From Candidatus Eiseniibacteriota bacterium (GTDB lineage Bacteria; Eisenbacteria; RBG-16-71-46; CAVPCR01), in contig CAWGMA010000001.1 in the NCBI GenBank assembly GCA_963823555.1, forward strand, positions 2,016,001 through 2,080,000: 64,000 nucleotides of DNA, given 5' to 3'. The notes beneath the pieces were generated by a model. It worked only from the letters and a program-made list of their open reading frames with translations. It was not told the DNA's origin and did no database searches. Position numbers and translations under genes: made by a program. Within the stretch, counting starts at the first letter, position 1, and the number at the start of each line of letters is the position of its first letter. Of this stretch, positions 1 to 9,153 are shown one piece after another.

Positions 1-43
1 AACGGAGGCCGCCGCTCGATGGACCGGGCGGAAGGGCCGTGGT

Positions 44-72
44 TTGACCCCCTTCCACGTGCGTGATAGCCT
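44..72 (+). promoter_or_regulatory. Putative sigma70 promoter of the ABC operon
   Basis: TTGACC (44-49), 17-nt spacer, TG-n-TAGCCT (67-72), upstream of ATG 127. Confidence 0.5.
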
Positions 73-126
73 CCCGCCTTTGCCCGAACCAACCGAAGCG
101 CGTCCGACACGTCCCACAGCAGAATC

Positions 127-1140
127 ATGATCGAAGTCCAGGGCCTGACCAAGATCTACGGCGCCACGCCCGCCGTCGAGGATGTGACGTTCACTGTGCC
201 CCAGGGGCAGGTGCTCGGATTCCTGGGGCCGAACGGCGCCGGGAAGACGACGACGATGCGCATCCTGACCGGATACCTTCCTCCCAGCGCCGGCTCGGCG
301 CGAGTCGCCGGCCTCGATGTCGTCCGGGACTCCCTCGCCATGCGCCGCCGGATCGGCTACCTGCCGGAGAACGTGCCGCTGTACCCGGAGATGACGGTCT
401 CCGGCTATCTCGATTTTGTCGGCGCCCTCAAGCGCATGCCAGGGCGCGAGCGCAAGAGCCGGCTTCCTATTGTGCTTGCGCAGTGCGGCCTCGAGGAGGT
501 GGCGCGCACCATCGTGAAGAAGCTATCCAAAGGCTACCGGCAGCGAGTGGGACTGGCCCAGGCCCTCCTGCATGACCCCGAGGTCCTCATCCTCGATGAA
601 CCCACCGTCGGCCTCGATCCGCGACAGATCATCGAGGTCCGGGAGCTGATGAAGAGCCTGGCCGGAACCCACACCATCATCCTCTCGACCCACATCCTTC
701 CCGAGGTCGAGCAGGTCTGCGAACGAGTGGTCATCCTGGCCCGCGGCCGGGTCATCGCCGAGGATTCAGTCGCCAACTTGACGGCCAGGCTCCGCGGGGC
801 GGCGACACTCCGGGTTCGAGTGCGGGGGGCGAGCGAGGATGACCTCCGCGCCATCGCCGCCGTTCCCGGCGTGCGCGCGCTCCGCATCGCCGCGGAACGC
901 GGCGGCGTCATCACCCTGGAAGTCGAGGGCGAAGACACGGCGGTCATCGCCGAGCCCATCGCCCGGACGGCAGTCGAGCGCGGCCTGGGACTCCGCGAGC
1001 TGGCCCCGGTCGGAATGAGCCTCGAGACGATCTTCCTCGAGCTCACCACGCGCGAGGAGGTCGCGACCGGAATGGCAGCAGCGGAGAGCACGGCCGCCAC
1101 CTCCGACTCCCAGATCACAAGCAGCGAACCGGAGCCGTAG
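127..1140 (+). CDS. ABC transporter ATP-binding subunit (GldA-like)
   Basis: Walker A GPNGAGKT, signature LSKGYRQ, Walker B LILDEP, H-loop STH. Confidence 0.93.
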   Translation: MIEVQGLTKIYGATPAVEDVTFTVPQGQVLGFLGPNGAGKTTTMRILTGYLPPSAGSARVAGLDVVRDSLAMRRRIGYLPENVPLYPEMTVSGYLDFVGALKRMPGRERKSRLPIVLAQCGLEEVARTIVKKLSKGYRQRVGLAQALLHDPEVLILDEPTVGLDPRQIIEVRELMKSLAGTHTIILSTHILPEVEQVCERVVILARGRVIAEDSVANLTARLRGAATLRVRVRGASEDDLRAIAAVPGVRALRIAAERGGVITLEVEGEDTAVIAEPIARTAVERGLGLRELAPVGMSLETIFLELTTREEVATGMAAAESTAATSDSQITSSEPEP

Positions 1141-1147
1141 CCCAACC

Positions 1148-1930
1148 ATGTCGACGATCCTTGCCATCGCGTGGCGCGAGTTCCGCTCCTACTTCCTCTC
1201 CCCCATCGCCTACGTCGTGATCGCGCTCTTTCTCCTGCTCACCGGCTACTTCTTCTACTCGAGCCTCGTCGATTTCGTCAATCAATCACTTCGCTTCGCG
1301 GATCAGTCTGCCATGTTCGGAGGCGAGACGCCGAAGATGAACGTCAACGAGTGGGTGGTCCGTCCCTACTTCTACAACATAGGCGTCCTCATCCTGTTCC
1401 TGGTCCCGATGATCACGATGCGCCTGCTCTGCGAAGAGAAGAAGACTGGAACGATCGAGCTCCTCATGACCTCGCCGATCACCGAGCTCGAGGTGACGGT
1501 CGGCAAGTTCCTGGCCGGCTTCGGCCTCTACCTCGTCATGCTCGCCGGCACGTTCGCCGCGATGGCGGTGCTCTTCGTGCTCGGAGAGCCGGACTGGGGA
1601 CCGATCGCCAGCGGCTACCTGGGGCTCATCCTCCTCGGTGCGGCGAGCATCGCCCTCGGCACCCTGGTCTCGTCGTTGACCGAGAACCAGATCGTGGCCG
1701 GCTTCGCCGGATTCGCCCTCTTCCTCTTGCTCTGGCTCGTGCACTGGGCCGCCGACTACACGACGGGCACCACGGCCAAGTTCCTCGCTCAGCTGTCGAT
1801 CGTGCGTCACTTCGACGACATGTCCAAGGGTGTCATCGACTCGCGCGATGTGGTCTTCTACCTGAGCCTGGTCGTGTTCGGGCTCTTTGCCACCATGCGC
1901 TCCCTCGAGTCGATACGCTGGAAGTCCTGA
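1148..1930 (+). CDS. ABC-2 permease (GldF-like)
   Basis: About 6 TM segments; EFRSYFLSPIAY start, EEKKTGTIELL motif, GVIDSRDVVFY. Confidence 0.9.
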   Translation: MSTILAIAWREFRSYFLSPIAYVVIALFLLLTGYFFYSSLVDFVNQSLRFADQSAMFGGETPKMNVNEWVVRPYFYNIGVLILFLVPMITMRLLCEEKKTGTIELLMTSPITELEVTVGKFLAGFGLYLVMLAGTFAAMAVLFVLGEPDWGPIASGYLGLILLGAASIALGTLVSSLTENQIVAGFAGFALFLLLWLVHWAADYTTGTTAKFLAQLSIVRHFDDMSKGVIDSRDVVFYLSLVVFGLFATMRSLESIRWKS

Positions 1931-1946
1931 TGCAGGAGAGACGTTG

Positions 1947-3317
1947 ATGCGCAGACGGACGCTCGCTGGCGGAGCGAACACCCTTGCCTCTCTCCTGTTG
2001 CTGATCGGCATCCTCATCGCCGTCAACTACCTCGCCGCGCGACACTCGATCCGGAGGGATCTGACGGCAAGCCAGGCCTTCACGCTCTCCGAGCAGACCA
2101 AGCGCGTTCTCGAGCGGCTCGATCGCGATGTGAACATCATCGCCTTCTACCGCTCGGGGGATGCAGCCGTCGAGCCGATGAGGGACCTGGTCAAGATGTA
2201 TGACGATCTCTCCCCGCACCTGAGCTTCGAGGTCGTCGACCCGGACCGGCAACCGGGACGGGCCAGCCGCTATCCGGGCCTCGAATACGGCATCACCATG
2301 ATCGATGCCGGCGATCGTTCCGAGCGCATCGACAAGGCGGACGAGCAGCTCCTGACCAACGCCATCATCCAGGCCACGCGCGAAGAGAAGAAGAAGATCG
2401 TCTTCGTGACCGGGCATGGCGAACGCGATGCGCTGGCCACCGACGACGAGGGCTACTCGAACCTGCGCGCCCGCCTGGTCAATGAAGGCTACGAGATCGA
2501 GATCCTGAACCTGGCCGAGCATCCCACCGTCCCCGCCGGCATCCGCGTCCTCGTCCTGGCCGGAGCCCGTAAGGAACTGCTGCCGAGCGAGGAGCAGGCG
2601 ATCGCCGCCTACCTGGCCGAGGGCGGATCCCTGTTCGTCCTCGCCGACCCGGCGCCCAACGCGGCCCATGAATCGCTCTTGCGCTCGTATGGGATCGAGA
2701 TGGGTCAGGACCTGATCCTCGACATCTCCGGCGTCGGTCGACTGTTCGGGGCCGATGAGTTCCTGCCGATGGGGCTTCAGTACGGGAGCCACCCGCTGGT
2801 CGAGGGCTTCACGCTGACGACCGTCTTTCCCCATTCCCGTTCGGTACGGACCGCGGATGGGGCGCCGCCCGATGTCACCGTGACCGAGATCGTCTTCACG
2901 GCGCAGGCGAGCTGGGCCGAATCCAATCCGGACCGGCGCCCCTACGAACCGGATGCCGACGACCGGCAGGGCCCCCTGTGCGTGATCGTCGCGGCATCGC
3001 GGCCGGTGGCCGCGAGCGCCGAGGGTGGGGCCGACTCGGCCACCGTCGCGCGCACCGCTCGAATCGTCGCCGCCGGGGATTCCGACTTCTGTGCGAACGG
3101 CTTCTCCCAGTTCGGCGGCAACCTGGATCTCGCGCTCAACGCCGTGAGCTGGCTGGCCGAGGAAGAAGATCTCATCGCCATCCGTCCCAAGGACCGCGAG
3201 GATCGCCGTGTCACGCTGACCGAGGGCCAGGCGATGACCGTGCGCTCGGTCCTGCTGCTCTTGATGCCACTGGCGGTGATCGCGATCGGCATCGGTGTCT
3301 GGTGGCGTCGGCGGTGA
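1947..3317 (+). CDS. GldG-like ABC auxiliary periplasmic/membrane protein
   Basis: AGGAG RBS before ATG 1947; N-terminal TM, RxDLT..FTLS, TGHGE motif, GDSDF, C-terminal TM ending WWRRR. Confidence 0.88.
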   Translation: MRRRTLAGGANTLASLLLLIGILIAVNYLAARHSIRRDLTASQAFTLSEQTKRVLERLDRDVNIIAFYRSGDAAVEPMRDLVKMYDDLSPHLSFEVVDPDRQPGRASRYPGLEYGITMIDAGDRSERIDKADEQLLTNAIIQATREEKKKIVFVTGHGERDALATDDEGYSNLRARLVNEGYEIEILNLAEHPTVPAGIRVLVLAGARKELLPSEEQAIAAYLAEGGSLFVLADPAPNAAHESLLRSYGIEMGQDLILDISGVGRLFGADEFLPMGLQYGSHPLVEGFTLTTVFPHSRSVRTADGAPPDVTVTEIVFTAQASWAESNPDRRPYEPDADDRQGPLCVIVAASRPVAASAEGGADSATVARTARIVAAGDSDFCANGFSQFGGNLDLALNAVSWLAEEEDLIAIRPKDREDRRVTLTEGQAMTVRSVLLLLMPLAVIAIGIGVWWRRR

Positions 3318-3348
3318 CCATGAGCCATGAATAGCGGCTGGTCATAAG

Positions 3349-4776
3349 ATGCGGGCGCGGGGCACTCTCATCCTGTTCGCGATCTTCGTTGCCGTCGCGG
3401 GCTATATCTATGTCGTCGACCGGCGCTCCTCGCGCCCGGATGAGGGCGCCCCCACCAACCTGGTCCTCGATCTCGATCCAGCGGCGATCGACGCCGTTCG
3501 CATCGCCTGGCAGGAGTCGACGATTGCCCTTGCCCGCCGTGACGGTCGCTGGCAGGTGACCGAACCCATCCGCACCCTCGCCGACGAGACGGCGGTCGCC
3601 AGACTGACCGCAGCCTTCGATTCCCTGACCGCCGAGCGGAGGATTCCCTGGGCCGACATCGATTCGACGGCGACCGGGCTCGACGCTCCCTGGGCGCTCA
3701 TCGAGTTCCAGGCTGGTGATTCGCTCTACCACGAGGTCGCGGTCGGGGCCCTGAATCCGACCGGGAGCGCATACTATGCGCGGATCGACCACGAACCGGA
3801 AATGGTCCTGCTCGACCTCGACACCGTGCATTCCCCGTTCAGGAGCCAGCTGATCTCGCTCCGGGAGCGGCGCATCCTCCATTTCGATCCCGAGGCGGCG
3901 CGGTACATCGAGCTTGCCGGCAACGGGCGGCGGATCGAGCTCGGCGCCGAGGACGGTGCGTGGCGGCTTGTGAACCCACCCCTGGCCGCCGATCAGAGTG
4001 CCGTGCGCGAGCTCCTGACGCGGCTGACCGGACTCGAGGCCGGCTCCTTCACCACCGAGTCGCCGGGTGAAGCCGATCTCGAGCGGGTCGGGCTCGAGCC
4101 CCCGCTCATGACGGTGGTCGTTCGCGGCGCAGGGGATTCCCTGCTGGCGCACCTCGAGGTAGGCGCCGCAACCGCCCATTCCGGATTCTTCGAGCTGGGC
4201 ACGGGCCGCGAGAAGCCCGGACGCTTCGCCCGCGGGGATGTCCTGCCGGCCATCGCCATCGTCCCCGATCTCGATCCCGACGAGCTCGTGCCATCCACGT
4301 TCCAGCTCCGCGACAAGCGCCTCTTCGACCTCGGGGGCGCGGAGATCGATAGTCTCGAGGTCACCGGTGGAAACCTGACGGTCGCCGCGGGTCGTGACTC
4401 GGCGGGCGAATTCCACCGGGTCGCGGAGAGCGGGGCGGCCAGCAAGGACGTGGATGAGAACATGACCCGCCTGGCGGCGAACCTACCGCAGATCACGGTC
4501 ACCCAGTTCGCCGACGAGAACGCGCTCGGCCCGTCCGCCCTCCGTCGCTTCGGCCTCGACCCGGGTCATCTCCGCCTGCGCCTTCGCCTCTCCGACGGCG
4601 GGACTCGCATCCTGCTTCTCGGCGATGCCGCGCCGCGGGGACTTGGCGTGTACGCGCACCGGACCGGCACGCCAGGCGTGGTCGTCGTCGGACATGCCAC
4701 AGCTGGCGATCTGCTCGATCTCGTCTTCGGGCAACGGACGCTCCCCCCTCCCACCTCGGAGCGCTCTGGGTCATAA
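3349..4776 (+). CDS. DUF4340 domain membrane-anchored protein
   Basis: N-terminal TM; repeated W...P...AD...V..L and GL..P units; usual fourth gene of GldAFG-like operons. Confidence 0.75.
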   Translation: MRARGTLILFAIFVAVAGYIYVVDRRSSRPDEGAPTNLVLDLDPAAIDAVRIAWQESTIALARRDGRWQVTEPIRTLADETAVARLTAAFDSLTAERRIPWADIDSTATGLDAPWALIEFQAGDSLYHEVAVGALNPTGSAYYARIDHEPEMVLLDLDTVHSPFRSQLISLRERRILHFDPEAARYIELAGNGRRIELGAEDGAWRLVNPPLAADQSAVRELLTRLTGLEAGSFTTESPGEADLERVGLEPPLMTVVVRGAGDSLLAHLEVGAATAHSGFFELGTGREKPGRFARGDVLPAIAIVPDLDPDELVPSTFQLRDKRLFDLGGAEIDSLEVTGGNLTVAAGRDSAGEFHRVAESGAASKDVDENMTRLAANLPQITVTQFADENALGPSALRRFGLDPGHLRLRLRLSDGGTRILLLGDAAPRGLGVYAHRTGTPGVVVVGHATAGDLLDLVFGQRTLPPPTSERSGS

Positions 4777-4926
4777 GGCCCGGCCTCGCCGCGACGGTGT
4801 GTAAAGAGGCAAGGTCGCCGCCTGACAGCCGAAATCAATGAACGAGGAAGGCCGTCCCCCGGCAGCCGCGCCGTGGACGGGGGGAGAGCAGTGGTGGCCC
4901 AGCCGGATAGCCGGCAGTGAGACATC

Positions 4927-5694
4927 ATGCGCAGCACGTACTACTCGCGGAAAGAGGGCCGTGATCGCTGGGAGCTCGAGTCCACCTTGCTCTTCATGAT
5001 GACTTCGGTGCTCAAGAGCCGCACCGAGACCGGGCTCGAGTCCAACACGGTCTACTACGACGAGGACGTGAACGTCTATCTGGCCGGTCTCCTCGCCCAG
5101 TATCTCGACCCCGCGCACGCGCAATGGACCGCCCCGATGATCTCCCGTTTTGATACCGACATCGCGAACATGACTCGCCACTCCACGGAGCGCGAGAAGT
5201 ACTGGATCTACAAGGCCAACGCCGATCATCTGATGCTCACCCTGGGCATCTTCGAGCCCCCGCCGGATACGGACACAGCTCTCTCCCTGGGCACGTCGTT
5301 GCGCGAATACCGGGTATACGTGGGGCGAGGCGGCACGTATTATGAACTGGCTGCATCCTACGGACGCACCCTCGCCCGGCGCCTCACGGCCTCGATCGAG
5401 GTGCTCGAGAAGCTGTCACGGGGATTCGAGGGATACGTCACGATCTTGAACCACCTTCGCTCGCACTACTTCAACCTCATCGATCGACTGAGCCACGAGG
5501 GGATGGAGGCGATCCAGCAGGCCATCGCGGACGAGGCCCGTTCGGTCGAATTCAGGGAGCAGGTCGATCGGCTGCTCGACCTGTACCTGGAGTGGCAGCG
5601 CACAGGCGACCCGGATCTGGTGCCGATCATGCAGGAAGCCGTAGCCACGATCCGGGCCACTGATCCCGACTTCCACTTCGACATCCCGAAGTAG
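4927..5694 (+). CDS. Hypothetical cytoplasmic protein
   Basis: 255-aa ORF with normal protein composition; no motif recognised. Confidence 0.75.
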   Translation: MRSTYYSRKEGRDRWELESTLLFMMTSVLKSRTETGLESNTVYYDEDVNVYLAGLLAQYLDPAHAQWTAPMISRFDTDIANMTRHSTEREKYWIYKANADHLMLTLGIFEPPPDTDTALSLGTSLREYRVYVGRGGTYYELAASYGRTLARRLTASIEVLEKLSRGFEGYVTILNHLRSHYFNLIDRLSHEGMEAIQQAIADEARSVEFREQVDRLLDLYLEWQRTGDPDLVPIMQEAVATIRATDPDFHFDIPK

Positions 5695-5731
5695 CCGCGA
5701 CCGTCCACCCCGCGCAGAGGAAGGCGCCGAC

Positions 5732-6307
5732 ATGACGCGACACAGGGCCATCCCCATCTTCATTGGAATCCTGGCAGCCACGCTGGCGGCTCAAGCCGCC
5801 TACCCCGAGGAAGGATCCAAGAAGGCAGCACCGCCGCCCCCCGGCACCCGCACCGAAGATCTGTCCGGGATATGGGAAGTCCGACTGAACGGCAAGCTCG
5901 TAGGATCTTCTCTGCTCTGCCAGGCGGTTCCCCCGCTCAACCTGAGCTGGCGTGACACCGTATCCAGCGCACGCAATCTCGAGGAGCTGGTCGATGCCCT
6001 GGTCCCGGACAGTTCCCGCGTTTGGTTCGACCGCGCCTGCCGTCCCCGCTACAAGGGGAACACCGTGGCTGCATCCTGCCGCATCCCGATGACGTATGCC
6101 CAGCCCTGCGTCCTCGTGGCCGACATCGAGTTCAACGGCGTCATGCGCGACCACGACCACGTCAGCGGAACCGGCGGCGGGGATGTCTCTCTGGCCGGGA
6201 CGGGCGTCTGCCCGCAGGCGAGCTGCCCGAGTGAGATCACCCTCGTCGCCCATCGCGTCGGGCCCGTGCCCCGGGCGGATGTGGAACACCCAGGCGCCTC
6301 TCGATAG
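5732..6307 (+). CDS. Hypothetical secreted Cys-containing protein
   Basis: Signal peptide ending AQA; six Cys; RBS-like GAGGAAGG upstream. Confidence 0.65.
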   Translation: MTRHRAIPIFIGILAATLAAQAAYPEEGSKKAAPPPPGTRTEDLSGIWEVRLNGKLVGSSLLCQAVPPLNLSWRDTVSSARNLEELVDALVPDSSRVWFDRACRPRYKGNTVAASCRIPMTYAQPCVLVADIEFNGVMRDHDHVSGTGGGDVSLAGTGVCPQASCPSEITLVAHRVGPVPRADVEHPGASR

Positions 6308-6502
6308 CCGTTCGGGGCGGCCCCGGCGCCCCGAGGCGACCCCTTCCTGCGGGTCCGGCCGACCTTGCAGCCACCCCGGCCAGCGGGTACCCTCCCGCGG
6401 GGCGCGAGGCCATCCCCGGCTCTCGATCGAGCGCCTCGACTGGCGCGCCGGCGCGCGGGCGCGACCATGTCGCGCTGGTCCGATCCAACTCGAGGAGACG
6501 TT

Positions 6503-7039
6503 ATGCGTCTACGCGTTCTCGTGATGGTTGCCGCACTTGGGCTCATGGTTGCGGCAGCGGCATGCCAGAAACAGGAACAAGCCGCGCACGAAGGCGGCCA
6601 GCCGGCGGAGACCGCCGCCGATGCGGGTGGTGAAGCAGCGGTTCCGGCTACAGAAGCGCCGGCGACGGGGGATCCGATGGCCGGTGTGGATGCGAGCAAG
6701 CTGACCGCGACTCCGTCCGGTCTCAAGTACGTGGATCTCGTGGCCGGCAGTGGCGAGACACCCAAGACCGGGCAGACCGTGGCCGTGCACTATACGGGCT
6801 GGCTCACCGACGGCACGAAGTTCGACAGCTCGATCGATCGTGGAGAGCCGTTCCGGTTCCCGCTCGGCCAGGGCAACGTGATCAAGGGTTGGGACGAGGG
6901 GGTCGCCACCATGCAAGTCGGTGGCAAGCGCAAGCTCGTCATCCCGCCGAATCTGGCCTATGGCGAGCGCGGATACCCGCCCGTCATCCCACCCAACTCC
7001 GAACTCATCTTCGACGTCGAGTTGCTCAACGTCGAGTAG
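6503..7039 (+). CDS. FKBP-type peptidyl-prolyl isomerase, lipoprotein
   Basis: GAGGAG RBS; lipobox [38 protein letters not shown]. Confidence 0.95.
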   Translation: MRLRVLVMVAALGLMVAAAACQKQEQAAHEGGQPAETAADAGGEAAVPATEAPATGDPMAGVDASKLTATPSGLKYVDLVAGSGETPKTGQTVAVHYTGWLTDGTKFDSSIDRGEPFRFPLGQGNVIKGWDEGVATMQVGGKRKLVIPPNLAYGERGYPPVIPPNSELIFDVELLNVE

Positions 7040-7414
7040 GCGGCATTCCGTTCATCTCGGGGCGCCGGGATGCGGCCTCGAGCCGTCGTCCTGGTCGCCA
7101 TCGAGGACCCAACCGGGGTCCGGAGGCGTCTCGCCGAGGGCGCTCCGGACCCCGGTTCTTTGCGGCGCCGGAAGCTCGCGAGCGCGACCGCATTCGACTC
7201 GAGCGGCCATCACCCTGAACCGCTCCCTCTCTTCGGGCTACAACTCGGACCCGAGACGTGCTACGGTGCATCGCACACGCCACGATCGCGCTGCGTGTCC
7301 CGGCTTCCGCCAATCACCAGCTCAGGATCATTCACTCGTCCCAGCTGATCGCGACCCGCCGATCAACGTAAGAACCCTGCGGTCATCTGAAGGAGCCTCA
7401 GGACGGGAGGAATC

Positions 7415-8206
7415 ATGTCTGATACCGCCGATATCCAGGCCAATCTCGAGGAAACGCTCAAGGGAGAGATCCTTCGCATGTATCAAGAGGTCGCCGATCA
7501 TCCCGAGGCGGAGTTCCATTTCTTCCACGGGCGCGAAGCAGCCGAGCTCTTCGAGTACGATCGCGTTCTTCTCGATCGCGCACCGGCGGGAGCGGTCCAC
7601 TCATTCGCCGGGGTGGGAAATCCTCATCTGCGAGCGGCCCTGCAGCCCGGAGAGACCGTTCTCGACCTCGGAAGCGGGGCCGGGCTCGACTCCATCCTGG
7701 CCTCCTGGCAGGTGGGCCCGTCCGGGAGAGTGATCGGGGTGGATCTCAACCCCTCCATGTGCACGAAGGCCCAGGCCCTGGCGGCGGCCAGCGGCGCCGC
7801 CATGGAGTGCCAGTCGGGAGCGATGGAAGACATCCCACTCCCCGATGAGAGCGTGGACGTCGTCTTGTCGAACGGAGTGATCAACCTCTCGTTCCGCAAG
7901 CGACGCGTCATCCAGGAGATGTTTCGCGTGCTCAAGCCTGGCGGTCGGATCTCGATCACCGATATCGTGAGCGCCAAACAGCTCTCGGACGCGATCGTCA
8001 ACGACCCCAAGTTATGGGCCAGCTGAATCGGCGGCGCTCTCCTGGAAGGAGAGATGTTCCGGCTGATCGAAGAGAGCGGCTTCACGCGGGTCAAGTCGGC
8101 CGTCGTACCCAGGTTCCGCTTCCGCAAGTCGGCGACGCAGAACTCAGCCGAGGCCTATGGCGTCAAGGCGGTGATGATGACCGCGCTCAAGCCGACCGGA
8201 ACGTAG
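7415..8206 (+). CDS. ArsM-like SAM methyltransferase, probable selenoprotein (UGA 8024-8026 = Sec, 263 aa)
   Basis: Motif I VLDLGSGAGLD; in-frame TGA falls in LWAS-U-IGGAL (ArsM family xxCxxGAL); frame stays open for 59 more codons to TAG 8204-8206. Confidence 0.8.
8037..8053 (+). promoter_or_regulatory. Candidate bacterial SECIS hairpin
   Basis: CTCTCCT-GGA-AGGAGAG perfect stem starting 10 nt after the UGA, with G in the apical loop. Confidence 0.6.
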
Positions 8207-8236
8207 GGGGCATTGCCGGGGACGCGTCCGGGGTCT

Positions 8237-9148
8237 TCAGGGGGTCCGATCTCTCCTGAGAAGTTCTAGCAGGCCTTCGGGATAGAGCGCGACCCCGGTT
8301 CCTTCGAGCTCGTCGAGCGCCACCCAGCGAGCTCGCGACTCCCATCCGGCTTCGTTGAGCGGCAGCTCGGGCTCCAGGTACAAGGCCGCATCGCCCAGAC
8401 GGCCAGTGAAGACAAAGACGATCTCGTGCCCGGGTCGCCCCTCGTGCATGAACGTGTTCTCGATGACGCCGAGCAGCTCGAGCTCCGTCGCTTCGGTGCC
8501 CAGTTCCTCGACCACCTCGCGCCCGATCGCCTCCTCGGCCCGCTCGCCGAACTCGATCGCCCCGCCCAGCGGCCGGCAGAACTCCTGCTGCTTGACCGAG
8601 TCGAAAGCACGGGCGACGAGGATGCGGTCGCCATTCTGGAACACGCAGATTGCGATCGGCCGGATACGCCGCGCTTCCTGATCGGCTACTCCGGGTCCCG
8701 GCGCGCCGGGATTGTGGGCGCGGAGCTGCTGGACGATCTCGCCTTCGTTCCACTCGCCCCACCGTTCCCTGATCCGGCCCCGTGCGCAGCGCAGGATCTC
8801 GATGCCGGCGAACCGGATCTCACATCCCGTGGCCGGGAACCCGAGGAATCTCCCTCGCTGCGTTCCCACTGCCGACCAGCGGACGGCCACGAACCCCGCT
8901 TCAGGATCCGCAGCCAGGTCCTCCACGGTTGCGGTGAAATCCGGGAAGGAGGAATAGAGAGCAGCCACTCCATTCCAGAAGCCGGCGAGATTCGGCTCCC
9001 GACCGGCCGCGCTGTGATCGACGAACGCCGGATCATGAAGGTCGGTGAAGGCATCGAGGTCGGGATCCTGCCAACCGCAACGTATCCACCGCCGGGCAAG
9101 GTCGCAGAGCCCAGCTCGCGAATCGGGTTCGGGGATCGGCTCGGGCAC
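8237..9148 (-). CDS. SnoaL-like ester cyclase fused to a Nudix hydrolase
   Basis: N-terminal half SFPDF...GTQRGRFLGFPATG...GRIRERW; C-terminal Nudix box GGAIEFGERAEEAIGREVVEELG; start uncertain. Confidence 0.8.
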   Translation of the reverse strand: MPEPIPEPDSRAGLCDLARRWIRCGWQDPDLDAFTDLHDPAFVDHSAAGREPNLAGFWNGVAALYSSFPDFTATVEDLAADPEAGFVAVRWSAVGTQRGRFLGFPATGCEIRFAGIEILRCARGRIRERWGEWNEGEIVQQLRAHNPGAPGPGVADQEARRIRPIAICVFQNGDRILVARAFDSVKQQEFCRPLGGAIEFGERAEEAIGREVVEELGTEATELELLGVIENTFMHEGRPGHEIVFVFTGRLGDAALYLEPELPLNEAGWESRARWVALDELEGTGVALYPEGLLELLRRDRTP

Positions 9149-9153
9149 CGCGG

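Noticed and set aside
4777..4926. Possible riboswitch in GC-rich intergenic DNA (also 7040-7414)
   Set aside because: No recognisable aptamer consensus by eye; would need an Rfam scan
8014..8259. Separate 81-aa ORF after the methyltransferase
   Set aside because: Wrong frame; the region is better explained by UGA read-through
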